From positions 256,001 to 320,000 of the forward strand of contig CP000071.1 of assembly GCA_000002445.1 (NCBI GenBank): DNA of 64,000 nt, given 5' to 3'. The DNA is from Trypanosoma brucei. Its lineage: Eukaryota. Every line of letters starts with the position of its first letter. The first letter of the stretch is position 1. The position numbers and the translations under genes were made by a program. Below, one piece after another: positions 46,301-55,463 of the stretch. The notes beneath the pieces are model-generated. The model was given only the letters and a program-made list of their open reading frames with translations, had not been told where the DNA came from and did not search any database.

Positions 46301-49300
46301 CACCGGCCGTACCGCAGGCTGCTTTCCACCGGGGCATTCATCTAAGTGAATCAGTTGCATAGTCCCACGCATAACATACCCACCGCTTTCCCCACGCTCA
46401 CAATAGTACACATCTGTCAGATCACGGTTCCGGTATTTGCACTTATCCACATGCAGCGTTGACATAGAGTTGGCTATGACCGTGTCGTACTCACTCAAGA
46501 TACTGTCAGTACACGCTTCTAAGGTGGAGATCCTCACCCTCCCACTTTGAATGCCACTGGACTCCACGGTCACACTGCGACCTGCAATAATCGTCGCAGG
46601 AGTCATGTAGTGAAAAATATTGAAAGTAGATGCAGGCAACTTATCATACGCAGAAATACCGACACACACCCTGGCACCCTTCGCCACAGCTGGCGTCTTC
46701 ACAATGGTAACATCCTTACTGTGTTCGCCGGAAGCAAAGGGAAAACTGTCATACGAAGCATTCGCCTCTGTGCAGTTAAGCTCTGGGGGGACAATGTAAA
46801 CGGTGAGATTCGACGCCCCTATATGCAAGCTACCCCCATCAAGGGTCAAGCGAAGAGGTGTGTGCTTCCGTACGAGTGACACATTAAAGGACGCCGTAAA
46901 CGGGTTAATCACCTTAAGGGGCTTCTGACCAACAGCAACTCCCAAACGCCGCTCATCCTGCTGACACAATGCATATTCGCCTAGTAGAACATCCTCCAAG
47001 GGAGTAGTTGGCCCAGTGTAGTAGCGCTCAGTCGCCTCCTCACAAATCCTTGCATTCAGTGGGACTTTGCAGGAAGCGGCGTTGACACAGCGCACGAGGA
47101 ACAAAGATGCCTTCTTAAGCAGCGGTCTTGCCACAAAATTATTCGTTGACCTACGGACAGCGTACAGAGAATCCACAGCAAAATCCTCAGCACTTACCTT
47201 CCCTCCGTACAAGTAATACGATTCATTGGTATCACCCCACCCCACGCAAACATGCAGTTCGCCAGCCTTCTGAACCACAAAAGGTTCTGCACTCCCACTT
47301 ATGGGGTCAACCCAACCCTCACCGTACACCCTAATGCCACCACCGGGGGCACTTTGGCACGACTCAATGCTCTCGCTCACAAGAAAGCGTGTTGGCTGCA
47401 GCGCAGTCAGCGCCTCTCCTCGAAACCTCATGCTGAGGGGAAGACCAACAACGCCAATAGGTGAATCCGGCACAAGCTCTAGCTGCTGCTGTGACTGAAT
47501 TAAACCTACATCTTCGTATCCATTCCCCTTCCACAGGCATACCTTCCATTTCTTCATACCAACAGCTGTGTAGACCACATACGCCGGACCCACTTCAGTA
47601 ATTCTAATAGCAACGGCAGTACCATCATCCACAATTTCGCCACAGTTCACATCACTCGTTTCCTTAAAAAGCACCTTCAGACCTTTGAGGGAGGTCTTAT
47701 CAGGTACAATAAAATTGACTCGATTGCTTACGCCAACGAACACGGTCCTGGGGAATACCTCCACATCGGAAACAGCTAACATACCCGATACCCTCACTTT
47801 CCAGGCACCCCCATCACTGTCATGGTAACCAACACATACGTACACCTTGCCAACTGTGTTGCGCATCACCGTCACGGACGCCTCCCCTTCAGCCGTTGCA
47901 TTTACCTCAGAAATGGATGGTGTGCAGCTCTCACTTTCACTGAACACTATGGGCGCCTCAGGCGGTACGGCGGACACCTTGACGGGTGTACTGACACCTT
48001 TTACAATGGAAGCCGGCGACAACTCCGCAGGACCGTATACCATGACATTCCCAACGTTCGAATAGGGGCGATTCACAGGATGTTCCGTGCCCGGTGTCTT
48101 CACACACAGCACATGTCTACCCGCAGTAGAAAACGCAACGCCGTACAGGGCAGTTGCATTCATGGAGTATGTCTCCCCGACTGGTGTAAGGCAATTATCC
48201 AGGGAGAAATACCCGGTTGTTCCTGCCTTGAGAGTCACGTTGGCATCAAGATGAATCGTCTCAGCCACACCCACGAAAAGGGTCCGGTGTTTCAGTTTGT
48301 ATCGCCGCGTCGCAATATTCTTCACAGGGTAGGTATATCCCTCGTCAGGTTCCTCGTCCGCTTGTAGGTCGACAGATGAGGGAGTCGCGACACACAAAGT
48401 CATGTTCGGGAGTGCGTCCTCAGGAACTCGAAACGTGACAGAACTTGCGCCAACTCTCACATCACCTTTTGAGTTGAGTTCCTCACACTCCGGGGTTACC
48501 GATAAACCAACCGTTATCACACCACTCCGCCCCGCATTGTGGCCGCTCAACAAAACCGTCAAATCAAGTCCACTGATCACGTTGGCTTCATCAAATGATA
48601 CCGTCGGTGGCGGCAGAACTGTCACAACAGCCGCACGCGCCTTGGGGTATGCAGTCGTGCTCCCCTCAAGACACGCGTAGTACGTACCTGAAACAGGTAA
48701 GGCAACTGCACCCCCATCCGAACGCGAGCGACGCTTCTTTACTGGGGGGCCCCGATATTGGATTCCTGATGGACCATCCACACGCACAGCCCCTGTACAG
48801 TTGGAATACATGTAGAAATCAAGCACCAACTTCACATCGTTAGCAGCTGCAGTCGCTGCATCCATTGTATACTTAATGCGAGTCCCGTACCCACTGTATA
48901 GGGTCCGTGGCTGAACGCCGTACTCCCGAACAGTTACCTTGTTCTCAGATGGTGAATATAACCTGCCACCCTTGTGGTAGGGCCAACCATTACACAGAAA
49001 ATAGTCACCTTTAGGCACAGAAACCTCCATATTAACAACCTGCAACGTTTCCCCACCCACGGGGTCCTGAAGGATCGGATCACATATGGGTGACTGAGAA
49101 AAAGTTGCCCACACGAGGTTGCCTACAGCCTCCAAGCGAAATGTTTCGTTCGTGTGCCGAAGTGCATCAGTGTTGTTCGTGTCATAACGTGGCACAGCAA
49201 GTAACACAGAGGCAGGAACGACGAAAGTTTTGCCATCACTCGTGGGTACCTTAGCACAAAGATAAATTACGCTTTGGACACTCCGTGTCACTCTCACCTC

Positions 49301-49912
49301 CCGGTTAGAACCCAGTTCGGCAGGTGGCAGACCTTGAATCATGCTCACGTCGTCACAGTTTTCATTGCGGTGAAATGTAATGAAGGTTCCAACAGGCACT
49401 GCGTCGCCGAATCGAATAGTGTTGTCAACATCACGTTTCAAATAGCGTGGTATGGCTTCAACAAGGCTCAGCTGCACAGACAAAGAAAGGGAGGGAAACG
49501 CATCACCAGCACATATATACACTTCACGTACTTTCGTATCGTACCACGGGTCAATGCCCACATCATTGCTCGTAACCGTGAAATTACATGGCGCATTCTT
49601 GGATATTTTGCACTTGGAGCCAATGATCTGTGTATTGTCACATGTACTCATACGCGAAACGAAAATATCTGCTTTGATACTCTGGTCCGTCGTTTCCACA
49701 CTGAACGGTACGTTCACCAGCGGTTTGTTAGGTCGTAACACAAGTGATGCAGCTCCACTGCTGCATAAAAACGTTGACGACACGATGCACAGAACTGAAG
49801 CCCAAAAAGTAAAGGGCACCTTACAGCAATGTCGGTAACGTGGAGATAGAGAGGAAGCATGGCTGGTACCTGTGCCACAGTGGGTTGAGTCCCTTCTTAG
49901 AAACATTTGCAT
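43328..49912 (-). CDS. Giant type I membrane glycoprotein, array copy 2 (one L->I difference seen)
   Basis: Identical to copy 1 at a 10,427-bp offset apart from SQSPLCDP vs SQSPICDP. Confidence 0.8.
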   Translation of the reverse strand: MQMFLRRDSTHCGTGTSHASSLSPRYRHCCKVPFTFWASVLCIVSSTFLCSSGAASLVLRPNKPLVNVPFSVETTDQSIKADIFVSRMSTCDNTQIIGSKCKISKNAPCNFTVTSNDVGIDPWYDTKVREVYICAGDAFPSLSLSVQLSLVEAIPRYLKRDVDNTIRFGDAVPVGTFITFHRNENCDDVSMIQGLPPAELGSNREVRVTRSVQSVIYLCAKVPTSDGKTFVVPASVLLAVPRYDTNNTDALRHTNETFRLEAVGNLVWATFSQSPICDPILQDPVGGETLQVVNMEVSVPKGDYFLCNGWPYHKGGRLYSPSENKVTVREYGVQPRTLYSGYGTRIKYTMDAATAAANDVKLVLDFYMYSNCTGAVRVDGPSGIQYRGPPVKKRRSRSDGGAVALPVSGTYYACLEGSTTAYPKARAAVVTVLPPPTVSFDEANVISGLDLTVLLSGHNAGRSGVITVGLSVTPECEELNSKGDVRVGASSVTFRVPEDALPNMTLCVATPSSVDLQADEEPDEGYTYPVKNIATRRYKLKHRTLFVGVAETIHLDANVTLKAGTTGYFSLDNCLTPVGETYSMNATALYGVAFSTAGRHVLCVKTPGTEHPVNRPYSNVGNVMVYGPAELSPASIVKGVSTPVKVSAVPPEAPIVFSESESCTPSISEVNATAEGEASVTVMRNTVGKVYVCVGYHDSDGGAWKVRVSGMLAVSDVEVFPRTVFVGVSNRVNFIVPDKTSLKGLKVLFKETSDVNCGEIVDDGTAVAIRITEVGPAYVVYTAVGMKKWKVCLWKGNGYEDVGLIQSQQQLELVPDSPIGVVGLPLSMRFRGEALTALQPTRFLVSESIESCQSAPGGGIRVYGEGWVDPISGSAEPFVVQKAGELHVCVGWGDTNESYYLYGGKVSAEDFAVDSLYAVRRSTNNFVARPLLKKASLFLVRCVNAASCKVPLNARICEEATERYYTGPTTPLEDVLLGEYALCQQDERRLGVAVGQKPLKVINPFTASFNVSLVRKHTPLRLTLDGGSLHIGASNLTVYIVPPELNCTEANASYDSFPFASGEHSKDVTIVKTPAVAKGARVCVGISAYDKLPASTFNIFHYMTPATIIAGRSVTVESSGIQSGRVRISTLEACTDSILSEYDTVIANSMSTLHVDKCKYRNRDLTDVYYCERGESGGYVMRGTMQLIHLDECPGGKQPAVRPVTALPAKQVTDYGIDKAILTSPFLSTRSDCNGVLSQSRATMTPRYNRNLTFYVCTHTIRDPGYVFTTDGPTLSVENFRVVNPSIHGRVDSDSEVLGPANLVMNYATRTPDTYLSDCAVCGEKIVAAPGLAETPVEEAVTLIGISGVKCVCVLGEQPTSPPIPVAEVLIITPPIVKKIDPAAVPTARFHAKLQTPVVSGAKPLYSLVPGEDAENPLAYLHNSDFRGVYLSENACATTLTGNSVGYVRPSGSVVLGPTFIPGRLPSVSLCVGTPAGNLSVVSEVEVSTDIIFPSSFVLGTEAEVYIPLSPNSAFRLRRDASCGGEDVVPFFTTDEEARGNISFKNVNAAGLPSAGVWTLCQEVFDGSATRPKIVKISANGIAARVASAKQLLPIAQIETFDPTYYNIRGRDVLLGVPGVLYLMDDLYAESLLPGFSTDRSCLRRNESHGSWALVGDDDAASARRVSVTAQNGTDSIYFCATTPVNRSVVSVPLSSSLRFIPPVSVFPSIVEPCKVTPLESCRAPDSSHRQTVVRVIKGDCCNPTDKGVTVGEASEGSDGKCKLRMNHNKIRDYPAGTEFSVCAWDLTDNTYCVTLGNVKASGDICGGSAWGPLGMGAVIAIIVAAVLLFLLLLLLAVCFLRRCCSKEKEERQLVVADKMQLDNLDMSCISGTSPDPEYLESGNNPLLLGFYSGDGSPNTNTTARTMIDGMTSGVDDFAWGGDFPGRADWTSVEEQECDDRDQIALQEARDRYNMALVFTDGIERIRVDAKELELQFDYSGEFSMYEGPTGRGVNVNPIPVTVPADHPDLLNAIYMRRASQRRRLQSQTREEIEVSVHDTMSEMSTDVHDTSRLTSYDMMSYTTTQHFYEESTFMLESEAGRRMRLVNWEEEEWQAIVDAEFSDYVRLQQAMRSIPLPLPQAVVLPFNSTATRGRDTINYSGHTHVDGEGVTVLPVYDTPPFHNPHAASVDEAQAYPNHDEESNVSLSCDSSHN

Positions 49913-51832
49913 AAATACCAAACGCTACAACAACCTTCTCAGTACTCGCTTATTCCCTTTCTCTCAACGTGTATGCCTTTATGCTCTTGCAGAAAACTAT
50001 TTACGGTGTGCGTATTCGCCAACCCGCGTAAACCTAAGACGATTGTGCACAGACTCCTCTGTCTCTGTCTCTCACACTAGTTCCTTACCACGCGACCCGT
50101 TTAAGAGGGAAGTGGCTAAACTATGTAAGGTGCTTATGGAATTACTACGGTACTGACCTTCACTTATCTTCGTGTACTCCGTTTAACTTTCAATTGCCCC
50201 TCCGCAGTGATGAACTCTTTTGTTTGATTTCTTCTATGGTTGCTTCTATCCTCAGTTACTATGAAGATACAGCTGTATCTATTACCTCCGTTACTCGACA
50301 AAAATGTTTCCCCGGTGAAAAAGGGATGTGCCTCTATGGATATACAAATGTATGAGTCCACAAATGTATGGATATGCAGGTGTAGAAAATATGCGACCCT
50401 ACACGTACAGCTTTTCTATGTAACGTCCTGTTGAAATGGTCCTCGTTTACTCTTATTTGTGCTTTCTCGTATCGTTGTCGATCTCCTTCCCGTTCCACAA
50501 CAGACTTTTCTCGCAATATCGCTCGCCTGTGTATCGGTAAATCAATTCACAAAACACCTTTATGGTAGGAACGGTATATCAAACTGATGAATATTTAGTG
50601 TGCGAAGCTTGAGGCTACGCTACTGATCAATGCGGACAACACGTCGGGCAGAAAACTACAGAAACTAAAACAAAAGGGCTAAAAATGCGGTAAAAAAATC
50701 TATAAACCTATGTAAATGATGGTAGCGATATATTGTCAGAGCTGCTTCGCGAAACAGAAATGGCAACTGAATGGCTAACTAAAAAAAACAAAAAAGATCT
50801 AGCAGTAATATCGCGCTGCTTCTGCACAACGTCTAAAGTGTGATGCACGGAAAGGAAGTAGTTTTTCAAGAGAAGTGCACACAAAATGGTAAGCACATGG
50901 GTGAGGAATGCGCTCCATAGACATCAATGAATAAACCCCGCGCACACAAGCAAGTGAAACGACATATCAAAAGAAGTTACAATGCAACACTTAAAGAGTA
51001 CAACATGTGCTGGTGAAGTAAAAAAAACCCACACATTCACTTTTTAAAAATGGTCAAAAGATATAATGCCCCTGAATTTATTAAGAAGAGGTGGGCATCA
51101 GGGTAGCACAGGCGGATACAACTCCAGGCCAAGAGGGCAACAAAGACATATGAACTGCAAGTGCAAACAATTACTATAATGTTTTACATTTAGCAACCGA
51201 CACACTATAAATGACCACAAGGGACTTTAACATGTCCCCGATAGATCCACCCACAATCGCTAAACGAAGTAATTCAAGCGAGCACATAAACTCACGGCAA
51301 CATTCCAAGCGTAGCAAACACAATGTAGTGGAGAGCAGACGTACAGCACCTGGAAGGCGCCATCTCAAACTCGGTACTCACTAATACATACCACACAGCT
51401 GCACAGTTCAGTCATATAATGAACATTAAACGGTTATATATATAATAACTGCTACAATAAGGAAAAAAAGGGAGGGGGGAAAGGGAAGCAATTATGAAGT
51501 CAAGACTAAATTAATACTTTACATACACAGCGGAGAATTGCACAATCTGTAAAGCGCTCACACATGTAAGTATACACAAGAAGGAGTAAACACTAAAATG
51601 AAAACACGGATGAAAATAATGAAGAAACGCTAACGCACCTGCTCACCAACACAACATAGCAGTCTACATTGCTGTATATGTGATGTGCATAAAATGTCGA
51701 GAAACTAGGAACAAACACTAAATAAAGGTACCAGAATAGCCATGCCGATACTTTAAAAGAAAAAAAGAATTTATAAAAAAATATATTAGGATCATGATTA
51801 GCATATAAAAGTGAAAACGCTATTGAAAACAA

Positions 51833-51962
51833 TGGCAACGATAAAACCATAACGAGAAGCCTTAAGTAACACCCAACAATGACACGTTTGCGTGTATGTA
51901 ATCCCTCACGCTAATCCTTGGCTGCTACACCGAAACGGTACTACTTGGACTACAAAAGACCA
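51833..51962. repeat. Partial third repeat unit (3' flank of the surface gene, ~130 bp) preceding the mosaic paralog
   Basis: Identical to 30978..31107 and 41405..41534, then diverges abruptly 3 codons before the stop of the paralog. Confidence 0.9.
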
Positions 51963-53329
51963 GTTCCTAGCAAACACACCAGAAAAGACGCAAATGCTAT
52001 GGGTGTAGTAGTAGGAGAGTAGTCGGTCTCTCGGTTTAATTTTAATTCGGCAGCTTGAGCGTACTGCATCGCGGCATTGAGTTGTTTGTATTCCCTGTGG
52101 AGAATAGTAAGACTTTCGATCAATTTCGCCGTATCTTTTTTTAGTCTTTTGGAAGATTGGGCGGGAATGCTGTGGAAAAGCCCATTTTTTGTGTCCTCCA
52201 GAGATTTAGGTGTTACAACCTCGGCCGTCTCTCTGCATGCCTCAGCAGCCTTCCTTGTTGCTTGTGAGGCGGCGTATTGAGAAATCGACAAGAGTGTTTT
52301 TTCAAGGGAACCTGCATATGCGGCTGCAACAGATTTCATATAAACCGAGTGACCTGTTAAAGCTCGATACGCTTTTTCCGCCGCCTCGGCAGCTTCCGCA
52401 ATTTCATTAACAGTCTCCCTCACCCGCTGCGACAAGAGCTTGCCTTTGCCATCCTCATTTGCCTCTTCCGCGAGCTGAACAACATTATCACTCCTTATTT
52501 TAGCATCAGCAGCCTTTTGGGCCATGGTCTTGGAAATTTCTTCAATGTTGCTGACAAAAATGGGTAGTGCCCTGTACTGTTCAGCGGCAATACACAATGC
52601 TTGTGTCTGTTGTAGTGTGAGATTGTACCTCTTTCCGTATGCAGACACAGCTTTTGTAACAGCTTCCCGAACCCTAAACTCAGTATATTCCGCATTTATT
52701 TTTATTTCGACAAGGGATTGGGCTGCGCCCTCGAGTTTGTGGAGTTTGTTGGAAGCGTCGCGGGTAGCTTCCTTCAACCTCTTAATCGACTTCGCAGGGA
52801 AATATTGCAACATATCGTCCAGCGCATGTATTAGAGATTCAACGGTCACATTTTTAGTGGTTTTGTTGCATGATTTTGCAACCCCTTTCACCTCTACAGT
52901 TCCTCCTTCGTTCCCTAACTTCTTCAATGCACCCTCAAGCGAGGGTACGTAGGCGCTACTGATGGTTCCAAGAACTCCGGCATCAACATCAGATTCCAAA
53001 ATCACAATTTCCGCTTTTTTAACGGCCTCAGTAACGTTGGCAGCAAGAACTCTGGCTCGTTTTTCTAGAGCCTTAGCCTTTGTGGTCGCCTGAGCGGGCT
53101 CTTTAACACGCCTCAACTGTTCATCACTCCGAGTCTTGGCATTCGATATCTTCAATGATTCGGTAGTTATCCAATATTTTAGGTCACGGACGGCATCTTT
53201 CAGTCCCCTGAACTGCTTCAGAGCATTACACAATGTAACAGTTTGCTCAAGTGTAAGATTATTGTTCTTACCAACAGCAAATGGCATGCACAGGAGTACA
53301 ACTGCTGTGAAACAGGTGAATCGCGTCAT
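51950..53329 (-). CDS. Mosaic paralog of the Ala-rich GPI-anchor-type surface protein (459 aa): shared 5' end and 3' end, divergent core
   Basis: The first 73 residues (signal peptide plus first helix) and the 5' flank are nucleotide-identical to the array copies. The last 3 codons (GLL-stop) plus ~120 bp of 3' flank are also identical. The central ~385 codons are a diverged but similarly Ala/Lys/Glu-rich helical sequence with a different GPI tail (PIAFASFLVCLLGTGLL). Confidence 0.75.
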   Translation of the reverse strand: MTRFTCFTAVVLLCMPFAVGKNNNLTLEQTVTLCNALKQFRGLKDAVRDLKYWITTESLKISNAKTRSDEQLRRVKEPAQATTKAKALEKRARVLAANVTEAVKKAEIVILESDVDAGVLGTISSAYVPSLEGALKKLGNEGGTVEVKGVAKSCNKTTKNVTVESLIHALDDMLQYFPAKSIKRLKEATRDASNKLHKLEGAAQSLVEIKINAEYTEFRVREAVTKAVSAYGKRYNLTLQQTQALCIAAEQYRALPIFVSNIEEISKTMAQKAADAKIRSDNVVQLAEEANEDGKGKLLSQRVRETVNEIAEAAEAAEKAYRALTGHSVYMKSVAAAYAGSLEKTLLSISQYAASQATRKAAEACRETAEVVTPKSLEDTKNGLFHSIPAQSSKRLKKDTAKLIESLTILHREYKQLNAAMQYAQAAELKLNRETDYSPTTTPIAFASFLVCLLGTGLL

Positions 53330-53625
53330 TTGGCTCAACTCTCTCTTGGATGTGGAAATCTTGGAATGATGTTTCGTCTACAAAATGGTAAGGAAAGATA
53401 GCAACAAAAGTTGATACTATGCATGAAATGACACGGAGAAAATGAGACCAACTGGAAGCCATAATTAGTCACTTATGCACAAGGCACAACATCTTTACGG
53501 AAAACACAACTAAAGTCGTTGACATACATGGACTACACAACACAGAAGCAGTGATGTATATGACAGTATGCCTCAGTCACACTTCCATATGTGCATGCAC
53601 GCTCATAAGCATTGCCAACTTTCTT
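53119..53625. repeat. ~505-bp segment identical to 32299..32803 and 42726..43230 (small-gene 5' coding end plus upstream spacer)
   Basis: Direct alignment by eye. Homology stops ~97 bp short of where the giant gene's stop codon lies in the array units. Confidence 0.9.
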
Positions 53626-53855
53626 CCCCGACTAACCAGGAGCTCTGTAGCAAACACAGTAACTATGATGTCTCGCAGTCAATGACCAAAATAAAAAATA
53701 AAAACAAACGCGAGAGGTCTGACAGACCTTTTCCCCCCATATTTTTTGGATCAACGCAATCACGCAAATTGGGCGCATCAACCGCACGATAGGAGAGCAT
53801 TCATAAGTGGAACTGCACCAGGCTCTGTTGAAAAAAGAAAAAAAAGAATGGTCAT

Positions 53856-54194
53856 TTAGCATTTCACGGCACCCCGTGTCGGAAGAAAAGCACAATTCAA
53901 GGGCAGTTGATCGTCACCACCACCCTCGCTAGAGGTCATCTTGAATTTTGTTGGAACCCGCACATTTTTTCGTGCAGCGCTTATCGATTTACAAGCCCTT
54001 ACGCGTTTCTTCACCCCACAATGTTGCGACGTTGTGTTATTCTTGTTGATTTCATTGTGTGACCCAACATCGTTCTTAGCTTCGTGACAACACGGTGTAG
54101 TGCACCAGTAATGAACGTGTTGGTTTCGCACATTTGCACACAGCCTTGGCTCGCGCTCCACACATCTCTCATGTGCCGTTCTTTTCTCGTTCAT
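53856..54194 (-). CDS. Possible small Cys-rich protein (112 aa), speculative
   Basis: ATG-initiated ORF on the transcribed strand in the 2.1-kb gap between PAGM and the surface-gene paralog. Composition is non-repetitive with 8 Cys (e.g. CTTPCCHEAK). No recognisable domain. Confidence 0.2.
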   Translation of the reverse strand: MNEKRTAHERCVEREPRLCANVRNQHVHYWCTTPCCHEAKNDVGSHNEINKNNTTSQHCGVKKRVRACKSISAARKNVRVPTKFKMTSSEGGGDDQLPLNCAFLPTRGAVKC

Positions 54195-55463
54195 AACTGT
54201 TTTTGTGTTAAAACACCTGCATATATTTTTGAAATAACCTTAAGTAGTTACCGGTCAACTCGAGGCATTCATCAGAGCCGTTGCGCGTGGGAACTGAATA
54301 TATGTTGATTACATCAGCGTCCGTAAAGACGTTAAAGTTTCGGCAACGGCGTAACTGTGGGGAGGACCAATCCTACTGAAATGAATAACGCAGATATAAG
54401 ATGTGTTGTTACTCACGACACTTGGTTCATGTCAACCTAGCAGAAAAGGCAAAGTAAAAAAGAGAAAATAACAGACCGAAACAGAAAAGTGGATAATGGT
54501 ATAAAAAAGTTGGCAGTGTGAATGTTGTGGGGAGAGGGAGGTGGTGCCAGCATTGAAACGGAACGTGGGCTTGCGCTACGATATGGTTAGGCATTCCAGC
54601 AAATGCTGCCTAAGACTTAAATTGTAATGCCAAGAAACAAAAATGGATTATTGAGAAGAGACGAGAATGCAGCATAAATTGAATTGAAGGCACCAAAGCA
54701 AATAAATTTCTGCATGTGGGTGGGAATACTCCTGACTTGAGGTATCGCGGTGGCCTGCTGCAACCCTTCACTATACGAGTGACAGTGCGCGCAACGTATC
54801 TTTTCTTGCGTCGAAGTCTTTCTTCGATGCAGTCGCCAATGAAAAGAACTGAAGTTAAAAACTGCACAAGAACGAGCCTACACCGCGCTACAGGGGGGGA
54901 CTTTAAAATGTGGTACAGATAACTAAAAAAAGAAGTAAACAAAAGAAACGGGAGGAATTCAAGAAACAAAAAGAAACGAAAAGAAAAAGCGGAGAGTAAT
55001 CTCCCATCATAACATTCGTCTTCTCACCAAGCCCAAACGCTTTCTTTCCCCCTTTCATTGCCCTTTCTCAACAAATTTTTTCACCTGCGGTCCTTCACAT
55101 TACATACGACCCCATACCGAGCTCCAGCATCTACAAAAATTGAAAACAAAACAGAAGAAAAGAAAAATAGAAAGAAAAAAGAAAAAAAGAAGGGGACTTG
55201 GTGCGCGCCGTCATTGTTCCAAGTTACCACGCGCAGGTATATCCGTTTTGGCATAAAGTTGCTAGTTGCAACTCGAAATGTCCCTTTTTCACAGGTCACT
55301 CTTATAGCCCCTTTCCCCCTTGTCGGCTCTCATCGCCCCCCACCCCACCCTCCCACTGTCCACCGCATAATGTTTGACACCTACCCCACTGCACTGTTTG
55401 CCGTCACATTCACCTTTTAGTCTCACTGTTGTGTTCGTGGGGGGAAAAAATTGAGAAAACATA

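Larger units (their letters stand above)
30978..51832. repeat. Head-to-tail tandem duplication, 2 units of 10,427 to 10,428 bp (unit 1 30978..41404; unit 2 41405..51832), ~99.9% identical
   Basis: Both CDS pairs recur at exactly +10,427 bp. The junction lies ~120 bp downstream of the small gene's stop. The only differences I could find are 3 codon substitutions, a T/G SNP at 32621 vs 43048, and a 1-bp indel plus substitution at 40595 vs 51022. Confidence 0.95.

Noticed and set aside
30978-51832. Large direct repeats as a CRISPR array or mobile element
   Set aside because: The units are 10.4 kb and carry protein-coding genes. The organism is a eukaryote, and no inverted terminal repeats, target-site duplications or transposase-like ORFs are present.
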